In this document: one piece after another, positions 1-7,392 of the stretch
How the letters are laid out: each line of letters opens with the position of its first letter
Position numbering within the stretch: the first letter of the stretch is position 1
Source: a virus
Taxonomy: Duplodnaviria > Caudoviricetes
Direction: 5' to 3' (one strand)
IMG/VR virus record: IMGVR_UViG_3300043220_000071
Span: 1 to 45,355 of that record
Length of the DNA: 45,355 nucleotides
Notes under the pieces: model-generated
Told to the model about the DNA's origin: nothing
Databases searched by the model: none
What the model saw: only the letters and a program-made list of their open reading frames with translations
Position numbers and translations under genes: made by a program

Positions 1-98
1 CAGTGTGCCGTCGCCCACCAGGGATTCTATCGTCATCCCCTCCGGGAACGGCTCAGACATCCCTGACATGTTTATCGTTTCGCCGGGCGGCACAACCA
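1..98. repeat. Terminal direct repeat (circular assembly overlap), left copy
   Basis: Positions 1-98 are identical to 45258-45355, and an ORF reads through the junction in frame. Confidence 0.97.
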
Positions 99-237
99 AC
101 GTAACCTTCTTAGTGCCACCCCTGAGAACGACGTAGCGGTCTTTCGTGCCCGTGTTTGTTAATGAGTACCCCGTGAGCTTCGTGGGGCCAGAGACCTCCT
201 CGGCTTCATTCAGGTTCTCACTCAGATACGTCGCCAC
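1..237 (-). CDS. 5' part of a 105-aa hypothetical structural-module protein spanning the circular junction (join 237..1, 45257..45177)
   Basis: GTG at 237 reads VATYLSENLNEAEEVSGPTKLTGYSLTN...GDGTL and continues across the junction as VANIFHEE...IEVAE* to TAG at 45177-45179; not in the ORF track. Confidence 0.75.
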   Translation of the reverse strand, partial: MATYLSENLNEAEEVSGPTKLTGYSLTNTGTKDRYVVLRGGTKKVTLVVPPGETINMSGMSEPFPEGMTIESLVGDGTL

Positions 238-835
238 TCTTGTGTGCCCCCATCCTGTGACCAGCTAGCTGTCGCTTCGTGCCCTCGTAATCGCAGCCTT
301 CAACGCTGCACGATACGGGTTCCACCTGCCCAGTAGCCTTCCCCGCGAGGGCCAGAGTCGCAGCAAGCTGCCCGCGCTGCGCGTCACGGTCTTCCTGCTT
401 CTCTTCCCTGTCGAGATAGTATTGATGCGCTTCCTGCTCCTTGTGGTGCCGAGTGGCGGCGTGGATGCGCTTGGAGTGCTCGCTAGCGAGGTTGCCCTTC
501 GGGCATCGCTTGCCGGCCAGCCCGATCTTGTCAAGAACGCCGGACTCCCGCTCTGGGCTGTCGGCATGGAGGAAGCAGAGTACCGTACCCCCCACATAGG
601 GCGGAGCCTCCCCTTTCTTCATGGTGAACATCCAGTTGCCCTCAGCATCCTTCTTCTGCATCGCTGATGCCACAATGTGCTCAGGAACCTCAAGCTCTTC
701 GCCGTCCGCCATGGCCCAGATCGTGACCGGGCTCTGGCCCGTGCGAATGTGCTGGAAGAGAACCTCCTTCTCCAACCCGCCCAGACCAGAGGCTTGCGGA
801 CGAAGGTCGCGCTCAGTGATTGTTGCTTCTGTCAT
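218..835 (-). CDS. Hypothetical protein with C-terminal C2H2-type zinc finger
   Basis: 205-aa ORF in operon context; CSVEGC...HRMGAH motif. Confidence 0.75.
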   Translation of the reverse strand: MTEATITERDLRPQASGLGGLEKEVLFQHIRTGQSPVTIWAMADGEELEVPEHIVASAMQKKDAEGNWMFTMKKGEAPPYVGGTVLCFLHADSPERESGVLDKIGLAGKRCPKGNLASEHSKRIHAATRHHKEQEAHQYYLDREEKQEDRDAQRGQLAATLALAGKATGQVEPVSCSVEGCDYEGTKRQLAGHRMGAHKSGDVSE

Positions 836-1259
836 TTCGTCTCTCTTTCTGCTTGGCCTTCACGGCTTCTCTTGGATAGTCAATGCGCTGGGCTGAGTAG
901 TGGGGGCCGAACACGCTGCGGTTCTGTCGCTCGGCGATCTTACGCTCCTCTTGACGGAGAATGTCAGCGATCAGGGTACTCTCGGACTGCATCTCCCTGC
1001 GTCGCTTGGCCCACTTGTCGTTTCTGCGATCCATCTCCGCGAGGTACTGAAGTTCGGCCACGGTGTCGTCGCCGTCAGAGATGTAGATTATGGGCGTGGC
1101 GTCAGGAAAGTCAGAGACAGGGCCAATGTCGGTCTCATACTTGGCCTTCCTGTCGCCACGGATAACCCATAATCTCTGTCGCCAGCGTCCGGCTTCAGAA
1201 GTTTCCATCAAGCCGTAGCAAGGCTCATCTGGATAAATTCTGTCCGCGACTACATGCAT
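813..1259 (-). CDS. Hypothetical protein
   Basis: 148-aa ORF with GAGGA RBS, overlapping the next gene. Confidence 0.75.
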   Translation of the reverse strand: MHVVADRIYPDEPCYGLMETSEAGRWRQRLWVIRGDRKAKYETDIGPVSDFPDATPIIYISDGDDTVAELQYLAEMDRRNDKWAKRRREMQSESTLIADILRQEERKIAERQNRSVFGPHYSAQRIDYPREAVKAKQKERRNDRSNNH

Positions 1260-1270
1260 ATCAGTTCCTC

Positions 1271-1281
1271 TGTGCTATACT
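1271..1281 (+). promoter_or_regulatory. Extended -10 promoter (TGTGCTATACT) for a leaderless HNH transcript
   Basis: TGn-TATACT ends 7 nt before ATG 1289; no SD; near-identical to the element at 14900-14910. Confidence 0.65.
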
Positions 1282-1288
1282 GGGCGGG

Positions 1289-1750
1289 ATGAGAGTAATT
1301 GATTTGGCGGGCCAGAGGTTTGGTCGCCTTTTGGTGATAGAGCGCTCGTTTGCCAAAAGGCGAGTGTCATGGCTCTGTCGATGTGATTGCGGAAAGACTT
1401 CGGTAGTTGGTGCCTGCCCTCTCCGAGATGGCAGAACTAAGAGTTGTGGCTGCCGTCAGGGCAGCTTCATTCACGGTCGCAGTCACACTCCTGAATTTCG
1501 CTCTTGGTGGGCTATGCGTCAACGGTGTGAGAACCCCAATCTCCCCCGTTACTACGATTGGGGCGGTCGGGGGGTTACTGTTTGCGACCGCTGGCAGAAA
1601 TTCGAGAACTTCTTTGTCGACATGGGCGAAAAGCCTACGCCTCGCCACTCCATTGATCGTATCAACAACCACGGCAATTATGAGCCTAGCAACTGCCGAT
1701 GGGCTACGCCCGAACAGCAACAACGCAACTCTCGCCGCTACGAACGCTAG
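1289..1750 (+). CDS. Free-standing HNH homing endonuclease, antisense to the late operon
   Basis: DLAGQRFGRL, WLCRCDCG, TKSCGC, YYDWGGRGVTVCDRW and SIDRINNHGNYEPSNCRWAT motifs typical of phage HNH homing endonucleases. Confidence 0.9.
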   Translation: MRVIDLAGQRFGRLLVIERSFAKRRVSWLCRCDCGKTSVVGACPLRDGRTKSCGCRQGSFIHGRSHTPEFRSWWAMRQRCENPNLPRYYDWGGRGVTVCDRWQKFENFFVDMGEKPTPRHSIDRINNHGNYEPSNCRWATPEQQQRNSRRYER

Positions 1751-1833
1751 TCATCAGCCCCGCACAGAGGACATGTCTTCCCCGTGAACATCTCGCCACA
1801 CTTCTTACAGGTACGGTAGTGAGTGATGGACAT
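1747..1833 (-). CDS. 28-aa zinc-ribbon micro-protein (MSITHYRTCKKCGEMFTGKTCPLCGADD)
   Basis: Two CxxC pairs; fills the gap after 1847..2839; its stop overlaps the HNH stop within CTAG. Confidence 0.55.
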   Translation of the reverse strand: MSITHYRTCKKCGEMFTGKTCPLCGADD

Positions 1834-1846
1834 TAACCCTTCATCT

Positions 1847-2839
1847 CTACGACGCTGGAATGGCGTAAGTCCAGCCGTTTGCGGCTTCGCCGGTCACGTC
1901 TTCAGCCGTGTTGCCTGCCCAGTCGTCGCCTGAGCCTGCTGCATAGCCACCGGCAATGGTGTAGGCCCCGCCGAACGAGTTCCCGTAGAAGTTGGTGAGG
2001 GAACCGTTGGTGTTCTTGAGTTTCTGCGTCGGAGACTGGTTAGCCCCGCCCGCGACGAAGGTGTTGTTACGGACGGTACACATCTTGAACGACATATCCT
2101 TGATGAGATTGTCGCTGTCCGCGAACCAGTTGTCCTCAACAGTCCAGAGGCCGGGTGCGTCTGAGCTTGTGTCGGTGCATTGCATACAGGCCCCGTCCGT
2201 CGAGCCCGACGCGAACCCGTAGAACCTGTTGTTTCGGATCACGCAGAGGGCGGCGTTCGTGTTCGTGTTCGTCACCTGAAGCCCGTAGAGGCCCTGGTTC
2301 TGCCCTACGAACAGGCAGTCCTCGATCACCGTGCCCGACGCATTTGCGTTGGTGGTTACGCCATCGAAGTACACACAGGCGGAGTCGGCAAGCGCATCGA
2401 ACTCAAAGCCAGCGACGTACCAGCCCCTCGCCCTGATCGCAAGGGCAGGTGCCGACGCCGTTGATGCCTGGAGCCACGCCGCCCCAAAGGAATCGGGGCC
2501 GGGCGACACGGCAATCAGTTGCCCGAAGGGACACACAGTATTGAGTGGCGTCTCGACATCCTCGGTGTAGCCACCGGGAGCGACAAAGATGCTCACTCCA
2601 CCCCTGCGGACAGTGCTTGCGCCCAGCGCGGCAGCCGCCGTCATCGCAAGGCTAATCGTTGAGTAAGCCGTAGCCCATGACAGACCTGTTCCGGTGGCTG
2701 AGCCATTAATGGAGTCCACGTAGTAGGACTGCCCGAACGGATACTGGAAAATCTCGTTGCCGTTGTTATAGGCTTCGAGATTCCGCGTTTCGTTGTTGTA
2801 GTGCCAACCACGCTTGGTTGAACTTGGTTCCCATCCCAT
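1847..2839 (-). CDS. Right-handed beta-helix (pectin-lyase-like) virion protein
   Basis: YYVDSINGS..G.SWATAYSTI motif, IFVAPGGY, and repeated IEDCLF/IRNNRF/VEDNWF/VRNNTF strands. Confidence 0.75.
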   Translation of the reverse strand: MGWEPSSTKRGWHYNNETRNLEAYNNGNEIFQYPFGQSYYVDSINGSATGTGLSWATAYSTISLAMTAAAALGASTVRRGGVSIFVAPGGYTEDVETPLNTVCPFGQLIAVSPGPDSFGAAWLQASTASAPALAIRARGWYVAGFEFDALADSACVYFDGVTTNANASGTVIEDCLFVGQNQGLYGLQVTNTNTNAALCVIRNNRFYGFASGSTDGACMQCTDTSSDAPGLWTVEDNWFADSDNLIKDMSFKMCTVRNNTFVAGGANQSPTQKLKNTNGSLTNFYGNSFGGAYTIAGGYAAGSGDDWAGNTAEDVTGEAANGWTYAIPAS

Positions 2840-2870
2840 TTCTTATTCTCCTTTGCGACAAAGGTCGCAC

Positions 2871-2905
2871 CTGAAAAGGATGGGGGCGGTTAGAGGCCCG
2901 CCCCC
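2871..2905 (-). terminator. Putative intrinsic terminator
   Basis: Minus strand GGGGGCGG-gcctctaa-CCGCCCCC followed by ATCCTTTTC. Confidence 0.5.
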
Positions 2906-2918
2906 AAAAGCCTGCTAT

Positions 2919-3719
2919 CTAGAAGTTCCAGTCGCGGCTGCCCTTCCACTGGAAGTAGTCAACCTTGAAAGTGGGGGTCCCCGTCGAGGCGGCGAGGAGC
3001 TGGAGGATCGGGAAGTACAGCGCGTCCTTGTCGAGAGAGCCCGAGTTCATGCGGGCAATCGGTGACAGGCCGTTCTGGTCGGCCATGCCAATCGCACCAC
3101 ACCAACCCTCGGCCCCACCGGCCACGTCGATCTCAACGCGACAGACAACCCACGAGTCGGCTGTAATGGTGGCAACGGCCCGAATGCCCAGCGCCCCCAG
3201 CGTAGTCGAACCGTCAATGGACGCGCCCAGCGCTGCGGTGGTCAACTCTGTTCCGTCCAGTGAGGCGTGGAACCTGTAGTCGTCCACGTTGGCTGACGTG
3301 TCGGTGTAGAAGCCGACCACGTTGCCACCATCGTTCGATACCAGGGTCGTGCCATTCAAGGTGAACGGGTTGATCGGCTCGGCTGCCGCGACCGTCTCCT
3401 GCCAGCCGCAGAACACGCGAAGGTCAGTGGCCGATGAGCCTTTGAACCTCGCCTCCATCTGTAGGGTGCCGTTGCTGGACGGTATTGACGGTGCGCCGTA
3501 GATGGCAATGCCATCAGAGGCATCACCAGTTCCGGGTACGAAGGATGCCACGCCGCCAGATTCGTCAACGGTGTTGATGTATGTAGTGTTGCCGCTGACA
3601 GCGACGAGAGCTAGGTCTTTGACGCGAACGACGGTCGCGTCGGAGATCGACTGCGTGGCCTCGTAGCCACCGAAATCCTCGAATGTTCCAATTCGGCCAA
3701 AATCGCTCTGAATAGTCAT
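2919..3719 (-). CDS. Putative capsid-associated (decoration/minor capsid) beta-rich protein
   Basis: 266 aa, AAAGGA RBS, two genes downstream of the major capsid gene; EDF N-terminus and VDYF C-terminus. Confidence 0.6.
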   Translation of the reverse strand: MTIQSDFGRIGTFEDFGGYEATQSISDATVVRVKDLALVAVSGNTTYINTVDESGGVASFVPGTGDASDGIAIYGAPSIPSSNGTLQMEARFKGSSATDLRVFCGWQETVAAAEPINPFTLNGTTLVSNDGGNVVGFYTDTSANVDDYRFHASLDGTELTTAALGASIDGSTTLGALGIRAVATITADSWVVCRVEIDVAGGAEGWCGAIGMADQNGLSPIARMNSGSLDKDALYFPILQLLAASTGTPTFKVDYFQWKGSRDWNF

Positions 3720-3740
3720 TTGCTTTTCCTTTCTCCGTGA

Positions 3741-4013
3741 CTACCTGCCCGGAGTCTTACTGGGTTTCTTCGCCTTCTTGGCGACTTTTGGGAGCCATAG
3801 ACCCCCATCCTCGTCTACTGAAAGGGGAGCGGCGGTCTTCACTACAGGAGGTGCCTCGGCTGCCAGTCTTGCGCGAACCTTCTTTTCCACCGCCTGCATG
3901 ATCTGGGCGTCGTGCCCCGAGACGCCGCCCCTGCGGTCTCTCTCGCGGAATAGTTCCTCGGCTTTCTCGAACTTGCCCGCCGAGATCAGATCAACGATGT
4001 CCTGATGATCCAT
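3741..4013 (-). CDS. Hypothetical protein
   Basis: 90 aa, directly after the major capsid gene, Lys-rich tail. Confidence 0.7.
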   Translation of the reverse strand: MDHQDIVDLISAGKFEKAEELFRERDRRGGVSGHDAQIMQAVEKKVRARLAAEAPPVVKTAAPLSVDEDGGLWLPKVAKKAKKPSKTPGR

Positions 4014-4015
4014 GA

Positions 4016-4900
4016 CTAACTCGTGGGCGTTGTACAGTCGCTGAAATGCCGATACGCCCAGACCTGGGTTCCGCTGCTCTTGCGCTCCGCAAAAGCAAGC
4101 TCATTGGTGAGCGAGATCACGTCCGCGCCACCACCGAAGTAGATGTCACGGTCTGCCTCGTGCTTGATGTCCAGGCCAATAGCAGCGATGACACCCTCAC
4201 GAGAGTGTGTAGCACCGTTAGCGTCCGCGTTCGCGTCAATGGTGATGTTCCCGTCCGTAAACAGGTTGGACTCCGCCACTGTGCCCGAGAAGCCCTTGCG
4301 GAAGGTGTCCGCTGTCAGGCCCACAGGAACGGTGTAGGTCCCCACCCCAGCGAGGACTTCATCCTGAATGTCCTTCTTCTGGAACGGGTGCAGGACACTG
4401 TAAACCTCGGCCATGCTGGGCTCAGTTGTGTTGCCCTGAATGTTGGCTACGGCTGAAGCTATGTAACCAAAGGCCATCGGGTTACCCGCGCCCGGTGAGT
4501 TTGTGGTGGCGAAGGTTGAGTACGTCGCAAGATAGTCCTCATCGTCGCCCCGGTTCATCGCGTTGGCTGATAGTGCCCCGAACTTGCTGCTCACAATCTT
4601 GGCGAGCTTCCGAAATGTCCTGTCTGTGATCTTGATAAGGATTTGGTTCATCGTCGGCTCGATTGCCTGAAGCGAGCCTGTAAGCTGTTGGAAGTTGCGG
4701 TTATCAGCAGTCTCAGTGATCGCCTGCCGTGAGAGCTGATCCAGAGTAAACTCTGTCCAGCTTAGGCCCGTGCCCTCTTCCTGCTGCTTGATGTCGCAGG
4801 TTCGCCGCCAGACGCCCTCGTACTCTTTGACGATGCGGGCGTCCGCAACGATAGATGGTAGTGCGTCACTGAGACTGCCAGTTGTGGTCTCTCCTGCCAT
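4016..4900 (-). CDS. Major capsid protein (HK97 fold, putative)
   Basis: 294 aa after the scaffold gene, AGGAG RBS; VLHPFQKKDI resembles the conserved 'vvhP' capsid motif. Confidence 0.75.
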   Translation of the reverse strand: MAGETTTGSLSDALPSIVADARIVKEYEGVWRRTCDIKQQEEGTGLSWTEFTLDQLSRQAITETADNRNFQQLTGSLQAIEPTMNQILIKITDRTFRKLAKIVSSKFGALSANAMNRGDDEDYLATYSTFATTNSPGAGNPMAFGYIASAVANIQGNTTEPSMAEVYSVLHPFQKKDIQDEVLAGVGTYTVPVGLTADTFRKGFSGTVAESNLFTDGNITIDANADANGATHSREGVIAAIGLDIKHEADRDIYFGGGADVISLTNELAFAERKSSGTQVWAYRHFSDCTTPTS

Positions 4901-4910
4901 GGTTTATCTC

Positions 4911-5729
4911 CTATCTGCTCGCCTGCTGGCGAGCACGTATTTCTCTGAGTTCCGATACTGGTGTATTGCGGTCGAGCAAACGCTCTGAATCGCTACGCCC
5001 GCCCGCAGGACTGCCAGGGGCAAGGTTCGCACCCTGGCCCTGACGGCTCTCTAGCCTCTCGCGCTCGGCGGCGGCGTCGCGGTTCTCTTTCAGGCCGCCT
5101 GCGTAGCCCTTTTTCTCCCTCTCCTCACCCACCAAACCAACAAACGTTTTCATCAGGTCGGGCCAAGCGGTGCCGGATGTAGCCTTTTTGTTGAGAGCAG
5201 CCGCTTCACGAGGGCCTAGCGCATCCTCCATAAGGGCAAGAAAGCTCTTGGATGAGGCTTGCGAGACTTGGTCTCGCATTAGTTTCTGGTAAGGCTCTGT
5301 GTACGGCTCCCTAAAGGCTTGCAGTTTGGCCAGCATCCGGTCAGCGCCCTCAAAGTCACCCTCGTCCAGCTTGCTGGTAAGCCTCCCTACCAAGCCATTG
5401 ATGGTTTGGTGAGCGTTGGTGGTCTCCCAATCCTTAGTCATCTGCTCTAGCTGGCCCTGGAAGTCTTGCCGAAGTCGAGCCTCGGTGCGGCCATCCCGCT
5501 CCTCAAGGTGCGGCTTCAGTTCTTCAAGGGTGAGCACGTCATAGACATCCGTGAGAGATGACCATGGGGGGGTTGTCTCCTCTGGTGCGGCCTCTTCGGG
5601 CGGCGCAGGTGGGCTCTCGGCTTCGGCTCCCGTGGTGGCTTCGGTGAGCGGGGCCACGGCGGGAGTGGAAGGCGGAGGCGCTTCCTGTGTAGTCTCCGGT
5701 ACAGGCGGGGCCAGAGTATCGTTATCCAT
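4911..5729 (-). CDS. Capsid scaffolding protein (putative)
   Basis: Pro/Glu-rich N-terminus, helical coiled-coil body, AAGGAGG RBS, immediately upstream of the capsid gene. Confidence 0.7.
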   Translation of the reverse strand: MDNDTLAPPVPETTQEAPPPSTPAVAPLTEATTGAEAESPPAPPEEAAPEETTPPWSSLTDVYDVLTLEELKPHLEERDGRTEARLRQDFQGQLEQMTKDWETTNAHQTINGLVGRLTSKLDEGDFEGADRMLAKLQAFREPYTEPYQKLMRDQVSQASSKSFLALMEDALGPREAAALNKKATSGTAWPDLMKTFVGLVGEEREKKGYAGGLKENRDAAAERERLESRQGQGANLAPGSPAGGRSDSERLLDRNTPVSELREIRARQQASR

Positions 5730-5745
5730 GTAGTCCTCCTTGAAT

Positions 5746-5771
5746 CGAAAAAGCCCGCCTTTTCAGCGGGC
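5746..5771 (-). terminator. Intrinsic terminator-like hairpin
   Basis: Minus strand GCCCGCT-gaaa-aGGCGGGC followed by TTTTTC. Confidence 0.6.
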
Positions 5772-5777
5772 ACCGTC

Positions 5778-5790
5778 CATTTCGTGATGG
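5778..5790 (-). promoter_or_regulatory. 13-bp motif CCATCACGAAATG, copy 1
   Basis: Exact copy immediately after the stop codon of 5791..7239. Confidence 0.7.
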
Positions 5791-7239
5791 CTATAATCTT
5801 GTGCCGGTAAACCCGATTCTCTGCGGCCTAAAGGAACGCCCCGTTGGCGTCGCCGCCTGCATCTGCGCCCGTACCGTGAAGGGGTCGAGGCCAGCCGCCC
5901 GGAAGGCCGACAGGGCGTTGCTGAACAGGTCGGGCCTGTCCCGCTGGAACTGCCCCAACTGACTGGCTATCTTGAACGGCGCGGGTAGTAACGCCCCCGT
6001 GGTGGGCTCAACCAACGGCGAGCCTAGCGCTTGGAAGGCAGGGGTAGGGCGGGAGGGTATCTGCTGTGTTGTGGGGAGCGCCGAAATCGGAGTCCCTACT
6101 ATCGGGGCCAACCGAGCTATCGAACTGGTTACGGCCCCCACTACGCTGGCAGGATTGATGCCCGCCAACACCTCTGGGCGCGTGATGTGCTGCCGCGTGT
6201 TGCCGGTTATCTTCCATATCTCGCCCGTCAGGACGTCGCGTACAAACTCAGGCTGAATCCCCAGCCTGGACAGCGCCTCGAAGTTGCCCGTCATGGTCTC
6301 ACCCGTTAGGCCAAACCCCGTGCGCGTCGGTATCGTGCTCAGCCCCAACCCTTGAAAGAACGGCTGAAGGGCCTGTAGGCCGCTGATTTCCAACCCGCCC
6401 TGAGCGCCGCCGCCGAACGGTACGACCTCTACCTTCCCGCCGCCGACTATCAGCACCTCAGGACCGGCCTCGCCCACCAGGAATGACTGCTTTTGGGAGA
6501 ACGCCCCGTCCTGTCCCTTCTCCATCTCAATCACCCCGCCTTCTGCGAGGCTGGGCAGCCCGAAACCGCCCGCCAGGGTGGGGGCCTGGATGCTCTGACC
6601 CAGTTGAGCCTGCATCTGAGGTATGGTCATGTTGAAATCGAGGGCCGGCACGGGTTGGTCGATGAACGCCTGCGCCTGCCCCACTGCCGCCTGTTGGGGG
6701 GTAGTGCCGCGCACCACCTGGCCTGACAGAGCCGCCGACTGCTTGAACGGGTCGGGGCCTACCCTTAGAAGCTCTCGCTGAAGCGCCCCCTTCTCCTGGA
6801 TGAGAGTCCGGCGCTCGGCTCCGATTTCGCCCATCAGTATCGTCTTAACGTCGTTCTCGGCGCGGAGACGCTCTAGTTCAAGCTGCTGCTTCTGGAAGGG
6901 GGAGATGGGTTGCGCCCCTCGCGCTTCGAGTTCTGACAGCGCGGCGGTGGCGTTCGCTAGGCGGGTCTGGGCCTCGTCCAGAGCGGCTTCGGAGGGGAAC
7001 TGGGTGCGGCCTGCGCCGCCGCCCCCTCCACCGTCACGGATTGGCTGAGTTTCACCCGTGGACACCCACCTTTCCCCGTCCCAAATCTGTTGCTCTACGA
7101 AACCGAAGCCTGAGTCTACCCACTGAGAATCACCAGGTTGTGCGCCAGCGCCGCCGCCTGTCGCCGCATGTTCACTCTCAACACGGCGCAGAAAGGCATC
7201 TACCGTCTCGCTTGGCCTAATCTGTGGTTTATGTGGCAT
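5791..7239 (-). CDS. Putative internal virion/ejection protein
   Basis: 482 aa, Gly/Gln-rich, with LAEGGVI...FLVGEAGPEV motif seen in virion DNA-delivery proteins. Confidence 0.6.
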   Translation of the reverse strand: MPHKPQIRPSETVDAFLRRVESEHAATGGGAGAQPGDSQWVDSGFGFVEQQIWDGERWVSTGETQPIRDGGGGGGAGRTQFPSEAALDEAQTRLANATAALSELEARGAQPISPFQKQQLELERLRAENDVKTILMGEIGAERRTLIQEKGALQRELLRVGPDPFKQSAALSGQVVRGTTPQQAAVGQAQAFIDQPVPALDFNMTIPQMQAQLGQSIQAPTLAGGFGLPSLAEGGVIEMEKGQDGAFSQKQSFLVGEAGPEVLIVGGGKVEVVPFGGGAQGGLEISGLQALQPFFQGLGLSTIPTRTGFGLTGETMTGNFEALSRLGIQPEFVRDVLTGEIWKITGNTRQHITRPEVLAGINPASVVGAVTSSIARLAPIVGTPISALPTTQQIPSRPTPAFQALGSPLVEPTTGALLPAPFKIASQLGQFQRDRPDLFSNALSAFRAAGLDPFTVRAQMQAATPTGRSFRPQRIGFTGTRL

Positions 7240-7249
7240 CGTTCATCCC

Positions 7250-7280
7250 CAATAGAAAAGGCCCGCCGACTTGACAGGCC
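7250..7280 (-). terminator. Intrinsic terminator-like hairpin
   Basis: Minus strand GGCCTGTC-aagtc-GGCGGGCC followed by TTTTCTATT. Confidence 0.55.
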
Positions 7281-7312
7281 ATGTTAAAATGGATTCCTTG
7301 GAGGGAGGCTAC

Positions 7313-7390
7313 ATGCGAACTCTCATATCGTTCTCTGGGGCACTAACCTTAGCAGTCGTACTCATCTACATACTCACTGGGCGCATCTAG
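7313..7390 (+). CDS. 25-aa single-helix membrane peptide (MRTLISFSGALTLAVVLIYILTGRI), antisense to the late operon
   Basis: Strong SD GGAGGGAGG, TG-T-TAAAAT extended -10 at 7282-7290, hydrophobic sequence. Confidence 0.65.
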   Translation: MRTLISFSGALTLAVVLIYILTGRI

Positions 7391-7392
7391 GC

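Noticed and set aside
1367-1723. Minus-strand 118-aa ORF opposite the first HNH as a second intein or intron case
   Set aside because: No splicing motifs, not fused to flanking genes, and the flanking genes are intact
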